In this document: piece by piece, positions 15,001 to 30,000 of the stretch
Position numbering within the stretch: position 1 is the first letter of the stretch
How the letters are laid out: each line of letters starts with the position of its first letter
NCBI GenBank assembly: GCA_965178125.1
Contig: OZ237744.1
Span: 620,001-684,000 of the forward strand
Source: Bilabrum cf. latius
Lineage: Eukaryota
Length of the DNA: 64,000 bases
Direction: 5' to 3'
Made by a program: the position numbers and the translations under genes
Notes under the pieces: model-generated
Databases searched by the model: none
What the model was told of the DNA's origin: nothing
Seen by the model: the letters and a program-made list of their open reading frames with translations, nothing else

Positions 15001-18000
15001 GGCGACAAAGAGCAAAGTCCAGATGCAAGCGTGCCAAGACCGGCTCCTATGCCTCCGTTCGTTGTCGAGTCAATCGGAAGGCATACCTCGTCATTGACGG
15101 CTCTACGAACATCTGCATGGGTCTCGATTCGTGCATCAGAGCCGAACTTGCAGCCAATCATACAGACTGTGTAGGACACTGCGCCTCCCAGTGAGCCCGA
15201 CAGCTGGCTCGGCAACCAGCTGGATCCCGACAATGCACGGGAGGAAGCTGCTGCCGCTGGTACGGAACGGCTTGCAAGTACGTCTAAAGCTCGGATAGAG
15301 TTGAGATTTGAGCCAATGCCTCCCAAGGCTGCCATTGTCGCAGATCGTGGTCCCCAGTATAAGCCACCTGAGGCGCTGCACCCGTCCTCTTGCAGCCTGG
15401 CAGGTAATTCACTAAGCAGACTGTCTACCGTGTATCCCTATGCCTAGCTCGTATCAAAGCTGGAATCGGGGAAGAGGGCCTCCCCAATACCGAAGAATCG
15501 CATCCGTAGACGTCTGCCGGAAGATGGTAGGGCGCCAATTGCCGAGGCCTCAGGATGGGAAGGATCCGCCACAACAACGTCCACCGAACCACCGGAGTTT
15601 CTCAGTGCGGTTGCCTACGAACTCACTGAGTCAGAAATCAACGGCGAGATCGCCATCCCAGTCACAACGAATGATGTGCTGAGGCCAGCGCCATTCGTAG
15701 CCTCAACTGTAAATACAATAGATTGCCCAGGACCAATGATCGGTGCGTCGGATCGAAGCTGCAGCAAGTAGCTGCGATCGGGACCAAGTTGCTTCGCTGC
15801 CTCCTAACAGGCAGCAATCGAGTCAGAGTTCGGAGTCATCCCACCGCACACTCGTATCGAAACGAGCCCGCTTTCCGAATCAGCAATTGCTGACAGGTCC
15901 AACCGGATAGCTGATGAGCCAGCAAGAATCGTCCTACCGTCACCGTTCGCGTGCCCTATCCATACAGGGAATGGACTGCTACCCAAAACATCTGTCGTAT
16001 GCTCAGGCGTAGAAGTGTCAATGGAGAACGTATCAGTAGATGCCCCCGATGCCATTCCAACTCCGTTGATGCACACGAATCTCAGGTGCAGTGGTTGCCC
16101 TTCACTAACGCCCGAGCCTCTAAGTTGCTACTCGGAAAGGCGCACCGTCCCGCTACCACCATTTAGGTCTGAACCCGAAAGTACCGTTTGCCAGATGGCT
16201 CCAGGAATCCTTGCATCGCTGGAATTACCAATCTCGACCTGTGAAAACGTCACCAGGGAGGATGGCAAAAAACCGAGGCCAGTTGAGCTCGGCACAGCTC
16301 CGGTTGAGCCAGCTAGCCACAAGCTATGCATCAAACCGAAGGATTCGCTTGCACTTGCTGGTTTCGTATTAGTCCACATCCCAGAGTGCAAAGTGATGAA
16401 GGCAGCTGCTACACCTGACTGCAGGTCCTGACAGCTCCAGTCTGCATTCACATTGCCCCAATCGCTATAGTAATGCCCATTACGGAGTTGCCCGAGTTCA
16501 ATCGAGGTGTTCTCCGGCTGAGACCGATCCAAGAGCACCCCAGATGTGCGTTGGTGGACGACACTGCCCTATGAACTCCTGGCGTAAACTGTAGACCATA
16601 ATTGGTTCCAGTCGCCAGACATGACTAGATCCGAAGGATAGGACATCCAGTGTATCAATGAGTCAGCGGGAAGCCCAGCCTCACCAGGGAATGCGCTCGA
16701 TCCATAGAATGCCGACCCGCTGCCCACTGAAACTGGGATGCACGGCACAGCCTGGATACCACCACTTCCTGTCTCACTGGCAACATCCAAACTAGCGGGA
16801 GGTCCAAATGCTGCCTCTAAAAGCTCGTAAGCACGTGAAGACGAATTGGCAAGCAAATTTACGGCAGTTGTATTTGAGTCACCTGAGCTGGCCTACATAG
16901 CATGTACCGCAACACAGTACTACAGGCTGGCACCCTAGGAATCACTGAAGCCATACCAAGTCACGCCTACACCAGAGACGTCAGCGCCGTTCTCATCAAG
17001 CCAGACCCCAGATAAGTCTTCCTGGTTCGCACGGACATATGAAGAAGAATTAATCGCATGAGGGGTTCTCATGTCTGATCGGCCCTGGCTGAGCAGGACA
17101 TCTCTGGGAGGTAGACCGTCCAGAGCAGTCCCAGGTCTGATAGCCCCAAGGTTTACAGGTACCGCACGGCCCACACCGTACGAAGATATACCTGCCGAGT
17201 TCATAATGGCTGCGAAGGGGACTAAGAATGCCCCGGTCGGAACTGCGAATGAGGCAAGGTTAGAACCTGCAATGCTCGCAACGAATCCTGCGGATCCCGC
17301 CCGGTTTGCAGCTGGAGAAGGCGCCCGCCCCAGGAGCCAAGTGCTCGGAGCTGTCGTGTTTGCACCACGGTTTGCGTCAATGAATTGCAACTCGGATTGC
17401 ACCACCTGTGCAGCAGATGAAGCAGGAGAAGCAGGGGACGGCGCGACACTCGTGTAGTTGGAAAGTGCTCTTCCTGGCGACAAGAGGGCATCAAGCCACG
17501 CAATAGCAATTTCCTCAGCTACAGCAGCCTGGCGCTCCAGCGACACCTCCTCAGACACCGACTGCCCATCCATCGCGCGTGCCAAGAATATCGCTGTCAC
17601 GTTTGGCACCACAGCAATTTGGGTCTCTACAGCTTCAACACCACTATGCGGATCATACCATCCAGTCAGCCTCACATTCGCACTGGCTCCGATCACAGAC
17701 GCAGGATAGTCACTCTACTGCTAATGCCCAATCGGCAGATCCACTCGCACGTCGAAGAGAGCCGGCCACTAAACGCCTCGACGCAGCCCGCCATCCGCTT
17801 CTACCGATATGATCGGGCGGGTTCTGTCTACAACGATTTGCTTGCTCGTAATTGTGCGAACAAGCTGGGCCGAGTTCATGATAGTTGCCTCGATCGTGTA
17901 CCTCCTGCCTTCCGTTAGACTTGAGGGAGTAGGAATGTCAACCACACCGTGAGTTCCGGCCAGTCCAGACACTGACAAGGCGCTGGCTCCAGGCGCATCT

Positions 18001-21000
18001 GGCCGCATGGAAGCAACAGCATCTCCAGTACCAATGTCCCGCAGCAGAACCCGCAGCGACGTATCAGCAAGCATTGTCTCATTTTCAAGTGGGACGCCGA
18101 CGAGGGCCCTTATTGTTCCAGCAGCGGACCGGTAGTAGACAGTGTCCGCGCCAAGAACGTGTGAGACACGGGAGACCGATGCATCCAGCGATACGGCTTC
18201 TAAATATTGATCGCTGACATCCACACTCTGGAACGACTGGAGAATTGAAGAAGACTGCTGGATGGACCAGTGAGGTGCAGTGGCATCAACGAGAACTCCA
18301 TCAGTCACTGCAAACGATTGCATCCCAGCTGAATTCGAAATTTCGACCCTGACACGATAACGGTCTCGATGCAAACCTACGCCGCGTCCGTATACTGTAG
18401 CAATACCAAGAGATCCTTGGACCACGGATACAGCTTCGGGTATGGGAACAAACGCCGCGGAGCCAACCCCATAATTTCTGTACACCTCGACGGTGAGCCG
18501 GGCAGAGCCGAGACCAGACTCAAAGTCATCGCAGCTCCATCGCACCGTCAAGCTGCCTGGTGAAGTTTGCACATCAATGTCGTTTCGCTTCTCCGAATCT
18601 GCGGTGGCTTCCACACCTGTACCATCTAATGCCAGGTATTCACCAGTGGCCACTGTTCCAAAGTTGCACACGGGAGCTGTCGTATCGACAACAACACCGA
18701 GACCAGCAACGTACGCGGAAACCAATCCAACTTTGTTTCTCGCTCTTAGAATTGCAACAAACTGCTGCGCCGTGCCAGTCTAGATCGAGACGAGCGTGCT
18801 CGAGGACAGTTCCCACACGAACGCACCGACCTCTTCGGGTGATGTCGTTGCACCGACCTCAGTCCAAGACCGCTCCAGCACAAGCGAAGATCCCGATCCA
18901 ACCGAACTAGGTCCGGCTTGACCAATGGAATCTGCAATAGAGCGCAATTCATTCTGCGAAGGGATCCAGTCCGTGTCAGAGCTTACGCCTGCTGGTATTC
19001 GATACAGCGCAACTTCAGCAGTGTCGATCGCGCTCTACGGATCGAACAGACGCCATGCTGCAGCAACGTGCGACAGATTCGACTGAGCTGTGACAAGCGG
19101 CTTGCTTGAGACCAAATGATCGCTCGACAGTTCTCCGACAAGCCCTATCTCATCGGCATGAACATGACGCAGTTGGCCAGCGCCAGAAGACAAGACCAGC
19201 TCCGGCCCGCTGCCATCGAACACCGCTGGCGCTGCAACCGTTCGCATGGTTCGAGCTCCAGACATACTGTGCACGCGGATTGATGGATACAGCGGCACAC
19301 CAGCCAGCGTAGATGCCATTGCAGTAAGTTTGACAATGATAGCCTGCTCCTGGTTGCTAACTGCCTGATCCCCTACGCTTGGATCTCTCTCAACCCAGGT
19401 CCACGGGAGCACATCTGCTGAGCCAGGAGCTGTTCCTATCGCAATTTCACCTCGTGGTGCGACACCAGACTACGGATCGACTGCATTCCATGCAAAGGCA
19501 AGCTCAATGTCCGAAGCATCGCTTGCAAGCTAAAAGAGAGTCTTGCCGGGTGCTGAGCTAGTGGTGATTCTGACAGACTTTGGGGTGCCCTAGGTACCTG
19601 CAGAATCCACGCGTCCTGCACCATTGGAAGCAGAAAATGCAGCATTACTGTGGTCAATAACTCTGGGGATTCCACCCGGGCTTACGATCACCGGGGACGA
19701 AAGGTCGACAGTCACACCATCAGACTCAAACAAAGTCGACTTGCCCACTCGGTTCACGGCACGAACTCGGCATTTCACAGCACTGCCATCGGTCAGGTTC
19801 AAACCTGATACTTGTGCAAATGGTGACGCCCCAGCATCGATAGTTTCACTGATTGATTGCCCGTCAGCATCCACTACAGCAACTTGGTAACTCTGGATAC
19901 CCGATTCCAAGTCTTGCACATCAGCAAAGCTGCACAGCAACTGAGACCGCTCCGACCAGAAGTCTTGATCAAACGAAACACTGGAAGCAGACAAACTGGA
20001 TACAAAGGCAGGGTTCATGGACACCGGGCCATCCTTTACACTGCCTGAATCGATCAGACTTGGTGGTGTTACATCGCGTGTAACGCCGATCGCCGACCCC
20101 CACCTCCAATTTCCAACAGCGTCGACGCAGCGAAGGTTCAGATACCCAGTAGCCCCGTGTGCCAGCTCGGCTGGACCGTCACCTTCCTATTCGCCGATGG
20201 TTATGTTAATCGAGGTGGCGTTCCCAATGCTGCGCCAAGCTGCGATATCGCTTTCCTCTTCGTACAAGCCCGACCTCATCCTGAATCCAGGCGAAGCTGC
20301 ACCGGACGGTGACAAGGGACCCACAGGCGTACTAACGAGCACAGATCCATCTAAAGACCTCGATGATACTTCAATCGGGGTCATTTCTGGCGTCCTCTTA
20401 ACGACTGGACGAGATCCGACGGCTGCATCGCACCTTGGAACCACTAAGGAGTGCCTATCTTGGAGTGTTGGCCACTCACCGGCGACCCAGCCACCAGACG
20501 TGGTTACTGATATGCCACGGGCACCGTTTGAGCCCAAAGTTTCAATGTGGCCAATGATTGGACCTTCCATATCTACTGCTATCTCGGGACCGAACGCGAT
20601 CTCGCGAAGGCCAGCATGGTTCCAGCAGCGCACGGACGGAATGTACACACGGCCCGAGAACACCCGTATACCTTCAGAGGCGACCGAAGCCGTGCCTTGG
20701 TCAGATCCGCTTGACACGGCGCGCACTGTCTCCGTGACATCCCAGGCCATGCCCGGCGACTCGGGCGGAGTAGCTCGCAGCTTGCCACCCGAACCAGTCG
20801 GCGAAGGCACCCTAGTCCAGCCCTGCACATCACTAGCCCCAGCCACTGATCCGATCGCATAAACGCACTCAGCGATTCCAGATTCAGCATCAAGTGAGTC
20901 CCAAGTTAACGTGAAAGTAGTCTGTATGCGAGAGACAACAGGTGGGTCTACATTGACACTGCTGAGCACAGGCGGTGTCCGGTCCAATCGAAGTCCGTCG

Positions 21001-24000
21001 GAGCGCACCCAGTCTGAGAGGCCTCCTGCCCTGTTCTCTGCTCTTACTTCGACGGCATACGTTCGATTGTGCTAAAGCATGCCACCGAAATGACTAGCTA
21101 GCGGGGCCACACTACTCGCTCGAGCGAACCCAACTGCCTTGGTCCTGGATACAACCTCACTGGTGCTTGAATCTATGATGCGCAGGTAATACTCCCACAC
21201 CCCGCTTTCTAGGTCCTCAAACGCAGTCCAAGCTGAACAGAGTGCTCCTTGAGAGTCCTACCAATCTACATCTCGACGACTTGGTGAGCCCATCGAGGCA
21301 GCTACAGGTCTGCCGTCGCCATACCGGTACGCACGCGAAGCCATGTCTGGGCACCCATCCAACACCTGGGCTGCAATCGTATCCGCAGCTGTATCACGCG
21401 TGAATGCTGACTGTGTATGCAGCACATGTTCCGACCTATTGGATCTTCCTGTAGTGCCTCCAGCAACCGGCTCTGTCGTGCGATCGAATATCTCAACGGC
21501 ATTGCGCAATTTGGGAAGAGGCATCCCCAGCACGAATTTCAGTAGAGCATCTTCATTGCTAAAGACTCGGTTCTGAGAGTCACCAGCTCCAGAGGTGAGC
21601 AGCGGATCCGCGATAGCAATGCTATCGCCTTCTGCTCCGGCCGAAGCAGTTCCTCGTTCCAAGGCAAGCTTGTCAGCGATAGAATCGGCAGCAACGTGCA
21701 GCGCCTGGAGTCGACTTTGGTTGCCCCGTGGGAATGGCCATGGCAAATGCAACCCGTTCGAGCGTGCCTCGGCAGGTACTCCGAAGCTGTAATCAATCTG
21801 AGGCACAGTCAGGTCAATGACGATGCCTTCGCCACGGTGAACTTTCGACCCGTTCGCATTGTTGAATGCAACTATCGTGCCATGTGCGACCGTTCCGTGA
21901 GGAATAGCCAGGTCAGATCGATTGAGGACCATATCAGTTGCCGGATACAACGTGTCCCGCATAATGTCGTCAGCACCAGGCGATGATCCTAGGCGGACGA
22001 CGTACTTCATCATTTGGCTTTCAGCATCTAGCATAGCCAGTCTCCAAGTCAAAACAAGGGTGGAGTTCTACGACTAGAATCTGGAATTTATATTGTCTTG
22101 GCGGTATCCTTCTCGCACCCTTCGCGGCAGCAGTACAGGCGGTGTCACGTCATGTACCACCGGTTGATCTCCGACCAACCCCGTGGACACGCCAGCTTTG
22201 TTGAACACCTTGACGATGACAAACAGCCCACGCTGAGCAGTAGGCTCTGGCTTCGGCAGTTGAGAAGCACTGTACCATTGCGGCGACCCTGGCTCGTGTG
22301 TTGGGATCCTCAGCCACGCCTCGATGTACTGCCCTACTCGCATCGCGTTGTAAACGCCTGGCGAGTCATACTCATCGGGTCTTTTCCAGTCAGGATGCGG
22401 AGCCAAAGCCACGTGAATCGGCTGGGGTGATCTTGACAGAGGCATCACATTCGTCTGGCCTGGAACCGTTCCAACTCCAACTTCAAAAAAATCCAACTTC
22501 GATTCCCCATCTCCAGCGGCAAACCGCACCGGGACGGTGATAAGCTGGCCTGTATCTGCTGTGCCGCGTCGGAATGGGCTACGAAGCATCGATTCGCGCT
22601 GAAGCTGGTCAATCAATTCTGAGTCCCACGCATCTTCAAGGCTACTAAATACTGGAGTGTTTACTGAGTCAATCCCTTTGCGAACTTCCCAGTCCCTGTC
22701 GTACAGAGAGGGTCGAAGCGCAAGCTCTTCCACGCTACTGTAGTGCTCAATGTTGTCTAGAGTCTAGTACAGCTCCCAAGCAGTCAATTCCCATGGATGT
22801 GGCCCGCACGGATGCGAAAACGCATTTGCGACGCTCTGCGGGTGAGGGTACAGCTTGGGGACGGTCTAGCCTGAAGAGGCTACGCACGACTGCCACCCGG
22901 ATACATTCTACCTGAGCTGATCCAATTGACTCCATAAGTCGCCTGCACTTCGGCCGATTGTGCCAACACGGTTCAATGCAGAAGAACGCACGACATCAGA
23001 TGCCTGCAATGTAGCGCTCTCGTTCCTCATCGCTGCAATCATGTCAAGGGACAGCATGTCCGTATCAACATGCCAGTGGTCCATGAATGACACGGATCGC
23101 AAAGCCGGAGCAGAATCGTCAAACAAGAACCAGTCAGAGACGGTCTCTCGAATGAGTCCGGCCTGATTTCGCGAGCGCATGCGAATGGTGTAGTTGTGTC
23201 CTGGTTGCAGATCAGTCGGCCAGTAGGTGCTGTCAAAGTCTGGGGTAAACTCTTGCTCAGGTATCACTGGATTCCACGGGTCGCCCTCGTCGATCAGTGA
23301 CAGATAATACCTGTAGATTCCCGACTCTGGGTCCTCGAAGCCGCTCCATCCAGGTAGCACATAGTAAGGCACAGAAGTGTAGTGCACGGACTGGTCGAAG
23401 AGGTTGTGCAGAGTACCGTTCGGGGGGATGGTATGATCAGTTCGTAGCACCATATCGAATGCAAAGTCGCCAATGTTGCCAGAGCTGCTGCTGGTCTTAA
23501 CACTAGCATGGTACTCCGTATCGTGTTCCAGGTCCAAAAAGGTGCGCTCGTCCTCGATTTCAACCTGGCGCTTGCTGGCCAGATCGTCCACCCGACCAAC
23601 GTCATTCAAGGGAGCAATATCGGCGCCTCGCATGCTTGTGCCTACCTTGGTTTCAAATGCAGAGATCTCAGTAGATACTGAGGGCTCCTTCGGAACAAAT
23701 GAGGACACGACAGAATCCTCTGATGATGTCCACAAGACCGTGTCGTATTCGAAACACCTCCACCGTGGCCGGAAGTTAGGTGGCGCATAGTCAACTCTAC
23801 CGTACAGGCACGAGCGACGGACCATGGCGCCATCAAGACTGCGCTGTACCCGATAGTCGGACGGTACGGCGGGACTCCTGTCAAAGTCGACGGGCCCTGA
23901 CGTTGCTGAAGTCCTGAGCCGCTCCTCATTGTATGCAATCACGGTCACATACACGCGAGTCATATCTGAGAGCTGTCTAGCCAGTCCCGCCACTGTCTTG

Positions 24001-27000
24001 GATGTCTGCTTCCCATCAATTGTCTCGCGGCGGACATTGCATCCACCTGGCCATGTACCGACGCAGACGTCATAGGCAGCCAAGTCAGATTCAGGATCGT
24101 AAAAGTCTCGAATCACAACTGCAACAGCATCCGGGGTTGACTGCTATACACTTATGGACCCGCGCTGGGGTGGCGTCGTATCATATGGCCCGGACTCAAT
24201 GTAGAACAGCCGTTTTCGAATCGGAGGCAGCCCCCAAGCAAAAATCGTTCCTTGCGTTTCGCCACACCACTTTATGAAAGGAATTGGGATGCAAACCTTA
24301 CCAAACCCAACTGAGAAACACTTTTCCCTGAAGCCAAAGCACAGAAAGATGTTGAAGTACCAGGAAAACCGGATATGGAGAGGAACAGTCTCAATATCTG
24401 CAGATAGCGCGACCCTGATGCCTCCACCAGACGACAAGCCAAATGTAATGGCCGGTATAAACGTTGTGCGCATCACCGTGGCTCTAACGCCCAGGCCAGC
24501 GTATGCAAGAGGAACGCGACGTGTACCGATAGTGGCCTCAGCGAAGATACCGGCCTGCGGTATCGGGACCACAATGATAGATCTTCTAGTTAAGCACAAG
24601 GCTACAGCAAGATCCGCGCGCATCTCCAAGCCAGCCGCAGCCCGAATCTGCAAAGGGATGAAAGCCACGAAGTAGTTGTACTATCGCTGAAAAATCACAA
24701 TTTCCTGAGAGAAGAGCTCAAAGCTGTCTCCAAAGCACCCGTCTATCTCCACATTGCCAGGCTCTAGCTCACCAAGGCGTCGTCTACCTCGGCCACGAAC
24801 AATCGTAGCTTGATCATCTGTACGGTCCACGCCCCTAGCTTGCCTAACTGCATCTTCAACGAGTTTCTCTGCGTGCGGCGACCTCGCATTGACCAAGCCG
24901 CGCTCACGCAGTGTTAACTGGTGTAAATTAGCAGCTGTAGCCCGAAGCAAGCCAGTCTCGTCGCCCTCCGTAGCTACTGATAGGAGGACCCTTCGTCGAA
25001 GCAGAGGCTCTCCATCCACGGTGCATTTCTGCTTCCCGAATGAAATCAAGCACCGCGGCTTCACAATGTACTTGCCGAGAACATGGAAGTATAGTATATT
25101 GTCAGAAATGTACGGTTTCATCGATCGGATGACAGGGGCATCAAACAGATACAGCGAGTCATCCACATCAAGCCCGTACTCCAGCATCTTCGGTCGTGAA
25201 GCCACGGAAGCTCCGGAAAATGCGATTGCGAAGTAGTTCACCCCGGTCTCTCTCCGCTCGAATGCAAGGCTTTCTGCTCCAGGGGGAACCCTCATTGCTT
25301 GCACCTGTGTAGCTGATCTGTCATGCATCTTGCCTTGCTTGAGGGCGATCTTAGATTTACTGTACCGGGTTCTCGCAGGACCGGCCTGGTGAAACTCAAT
25401 GCGGCACTCGAAACCCTGCTGGAGGGCACACCTGGAGAGGATGACATGCGAGAACGTGCTTACTGTAGTCTTCCCAGTTTTGCTACGTCTGGGCGGGCCA
25501 ACCTCGCGAAAGTCAGCGATGAAGCCCTTGACATGCGAACCGATTTCCACAGTTTGCTCGATCGTCATCGACCCCAGGATACCCCCGTCCTCGGGACTTC
25601 TCCAGTCTTCAAGGATACCGCGACCCCTACCAGCCTGCAGGAACATACCCGTCACCGGGTTCACTTCGTATGCCATGGCATAGCCTTTGTTGCCCTTCGT
25701 CTCGAGAGCAGGCAAGCCCTAGTCTGCGGGGCGATAGTGCTCGAATACCCAAAGCAACTCCTTATCGTCGTCACCATCCCTAAAATACAGACCGGATGCG
25801 ACGCAATCAACAACAAATACAGCTGGTTGCGAAATATCAACAACATTCGGAATATCGACATCGATGGTTCCAATTGGCAAGTCCTCGGGTTCGGACCCCC
25901 GCGACAAGCCTGCTCTGATATCCGCTGCCTTAAAACCGAAGACTCTGTTGCCGCGGGGTATTCCATTCTGACCAGGCACGTCCTCGGAATCATCAGATAT
26001 GTAGACCCAGTCTATCACGTGAGCAACACCTCTTGCGGTTATGTTCAGATGATTTCGGTCGCCGAGATTGTCAACAAGCCTAAAGATCTTGCGCACCTGG
26101 CCATTGCCACCGCGTTCCATAACGACTAGCAGTGCACCGTCTTCACCTCGATCGGCCCTGTCGCCAGTCGGGTGCATCGTCAAAAGCAAGCTGTCGGTAC
26201 CAAAGAAACTAGTACCGGTTGGCATCCACTCTTCGAACAAGCCAGGGATTGTGTACCTGAAACGATCAGAACTAGTCTTGATCAATGGCGGGGATGACCT
26301 GTCGTAGAACATCATGTACCTGTAGATGCGAGTCCATCGCTGGTAGAATGTGGACGACCTTCTCTCCTGTCGAAGACAAGTGTTGCCGTCGCACCACGGG
26401 ATATCCTACCAGTCCTTCAGATCAGCGTCATTCTTCCCAACGTTCCACTTATTGACAAGAGACCGCGCCTTTCCTCCCAGGTCGAGGTCAATACGCGACA
26501 GGAAGTCGAGGGCTGCAGTTGACCTGCCGAGCAACTCATCGAGAAAGTTGTGAGCAACTTGTGCGTGCTGACTGAAGTCCAACTGTTGGAACGCTCTAGC
26601 CGCACGTTCAACGGGCTGCAGCGGCTCAAGGAATTTCGAAATATCAGGCTAGAAGTTGATAACGTCCTGCAAGAGATCGCGGAATCCAGACAGTCGTCCA
26701 CGCTGGGCCTCTACCTTACTCACAAACGTAGGAATTATCCGAACCACACGTCCATGGTGAGTGACCCACTCAGACCGAAGGTCTCTCAGAATAGCCTGTG
26801 TCTTGTCAAGTGGAGGCAGAACGAAATTGCGAGCAGTTTGCGCGACAGCTGCAACCTTGCCCACAACCTCCTTGGCGAACCGCTGCGCACCGTCAAGGAC
26901 CGGTTTCAGAGTGCCTCCGATATTCAACGTGTCTGTCAGATTGGCAACAGTCCAGACTGCATCCTACACAATGGCCCGCGCCGACGGCAGGCCAGCATCG

Positions 27001-30000
27001 AACTCAAACAGGACTGACGGCTGCATCAAAAAGTCCGCGTTGTCTGCAATGGAGCCCAACTGAGCTGCTGGGAGCATGAATTCGGGCGAAACCGCTAGCT
27101 CTAGGCCACCGAGTGACGCGTTGGCAGAAAGGTTCAGGCTCAATCCAAGCCCAAGGGAAGGCAGGAAGTTTGGAGACGCCAACATCCGGAGAGCAGCTTC
27201 GGCAGCAGAGCGTCCTGTCCGCACAGCCTTTCCGGCGTCAGCAAGCTCACCTGCAGCCTCTCGGAACTTGATCAAGTTCGCCAAGCACGTTGATCCAGAA
27301 TTGCAAATACCAGCCTGTTGAGACGACGAGCCCTGCGTCAACAGTGCTTCAGCGAGGGTATCAAAATCAGGCAGACCAGCCATTGCACCAAGCGCACCAT
27401 CCATTGCCTGCTTTGCAAGGGATGCGATATCAATCGGGGCCTGCACAGAAGTAGAAGAAGAAGACTAGGATACTAGGTCCTGGAGACCAATATCAACTAC
27501 ACCCAGGTTGCTACCAGGCTAGGTATCTTCATCAGATGCCGGAAGGGATACAGATGATCTAGTGTAGGGCACATTTGCCACCGCACGAAGCCCACCACAA
27601 ACGGATGCGAGGCCCATGAAAAACTACCGTCCTCCCTTTACTGCTTCCGCCAGCTCAATATCAGCCCCTTCGATCCCGCCGGCGGCGGCGTGCAGCTGCC
27701 TAGCCGTTACTTGCAGGACTCCGTCGACTCGCTCTCGAATGATCGCGGCGTTGAGCGTATCGTTGATCTGCGATTCAAACCGCTCTGTGAGCCCCTAGGC
27801 TTGGTCAACCAGGCCATTTACTTGGGAAATCTACTGCTTGATGTTGCGAACCTCTTCGAGAAGGCCTTCAGCCTTGCTTTCAGCCCGGAGCATCAGATCC
27901 AAGATTTCTCCACGGAGCTTGTTGAACAGGTTGTCCACTGCAGTGTTGATCCGGTCATTCCAGCCGAAGACAACGTCTTGGGCCGAGTCAAGTGCCTCCT
28001 AAACGCCACCCATAGCCTGGGCTTTCTTGTCATTCAAAGCCTTGACGGCCCGCGCTTCGAGCTTTTCAATTTCTCCACGGAGCAAGTCGGAGATTCGGTC
28101 GAAGTCCGTGACCTCTTCAACGGCATCGCGAAGCTGCTGACCAAGATCGCGGAGTTGATCAATCCGGTCCATCACATCATCTGCTTTGCGAGACATCTTG
28201 CTCACAGCCTATCCGATAGATTTTTGGTCCTTGAGGAGCCTCGAAGTGGCACGGAGACTGTCTGCGAAGAGCTGCATCTTCTGCACCGAATCCCCAATCT
28301 GCTCTTCCACCCAATCTAGGAAATCGTCCACAACTCCTTTGGCCGCGTCTGCAATCTCAAGGTGCTTGTTCCCGACGTATCGCTCGGCTTTTCGTACGAG
28401 CCCCTCAGCTTTGTCTCCAACAAAACTGGCTGCCCCACCAATCTTGTCTTCGAATTTGGCAAACCACCGCTGAAGCAGTCGCTGCATCTACTGTGCTACT
28501 TCTTCAAGCTTCGTCGCAATGGAGGTGCCCGCAGAATCGATGGTGCCGCGTACCCACTGCTGGAGCCTCCCCGCAGTTTCGAGCAGCGTTGCGTTTGCTA
28601 TTTGCACCGACTGGGTCACTTTGTCGATCACTGCCTCGCACGCGGAGTCCGCCAACTCTAAGCCCTGGTCCAGTCGGTTGATAAATGGGCGAATTCGCGC
28701 GTCAGCCTGACGCACCGTGTCCTGCGCAGTTCTGCGCGCCTTGGTTACTGCACTCAGCGCCGGATCCACGATTTTCTCGTACACCTCCGCTCGCACCTTG
28801 TCCACTCCGCTCGTAACCAAGAACCCGAGCTCGTTCACCGCAGCGAGAGACGCACCTGTCATCTGCTTCAAATAATTGGCCGACGCATCTGATGCACGAG
28901 CCAAGAGCAGGGGGTTTGCCAGTGGAGATGACAGTGCGTTGCAAATAGGCAATTGCGCCGAAGGAGCTCTGCTTCGGAGGCTGTCCCAGCTCCTTCGCAG
29001 GCGCTGAACAGCACGGTCGCGGGATGACAGCAGTCTCGACTGCTCTGCTGAGGTTCGTGATTCTAAGTCGGTCGGCAAGACGAGCGCCGCATCTTGCAGC
29101 GCGTCTGACAAAGAGGATGCGAACGTCTCCACACGGCTGGACAGCACTTCTTTGGCAGGCTCGGAGACGGACAAAGCGCTTCGTGCAGCATCACGGTCCT
29201 CGACAGTGGTGATTCTCAGGACATTTGGACTGCTGATGGTGGTCTCAAACGCAAAGCGGGCAGATGTCGCCAGCCATGCAGGACCAATGTTAATCTTTCC
29301 ATCGAATCCCAGCGCAGGAACTTCAAGCGACCGCAGCGCGTCCAGAGCGGGTTTCAGGATCAGCCCGACAGGGTTCGTCACCTTGAAATTCAACAAGGAA
29401 TCAAGCAGGTCTCCAACTGAAGCCGACATGAGATCGTCCAAGGAGCCAACGAAATTCACAACGGCGGCAAGAGCTTCCGCTGTATTCTGTGCGGTCCCGT
29501 CCGCAAACCTGTCCAAGCCCTCGATAGTCTGAGTCGCAGAACCAAATAGGCGGTCAATGCCAGCATTAGCTAGATCCTCTGCTCTCAAAGTACCGCCTGC
29601 GATCGCAGTGCGGAGGGTCTTGACTACAGCGCTAGATTGCAGCAGGGCAGCGTCAACTTGAGTACCGAACCGCTCAAGACCTCGCTGAATAGGGTTCAGG
29701 GCGTCGGCGACATCGAAACTTTCAATTGCCTTAAATATCTCATCTGCGCGCCGTAGGATCTCCCTAAACTTCTTCACGATCGGGATCTGCTCCAACGCCT
29801 TCCTGCATTTTTCGACGAACGCCAACACCTCCGCAGAAATATCAAAAGTATCAAGTAGAGAGTCGAGGTACTGCAGCACATCCTCCGCAAATTGAGCGAC
29901 TGGCCGAAGAAACGCCTCAACTCTTTCCACAAACGGCTCAACCTTCTCCCGGAACTTCCTAAGCAGCAGGGCAAGCCGCCGGCCAAGGGTGTCCAGCGCA

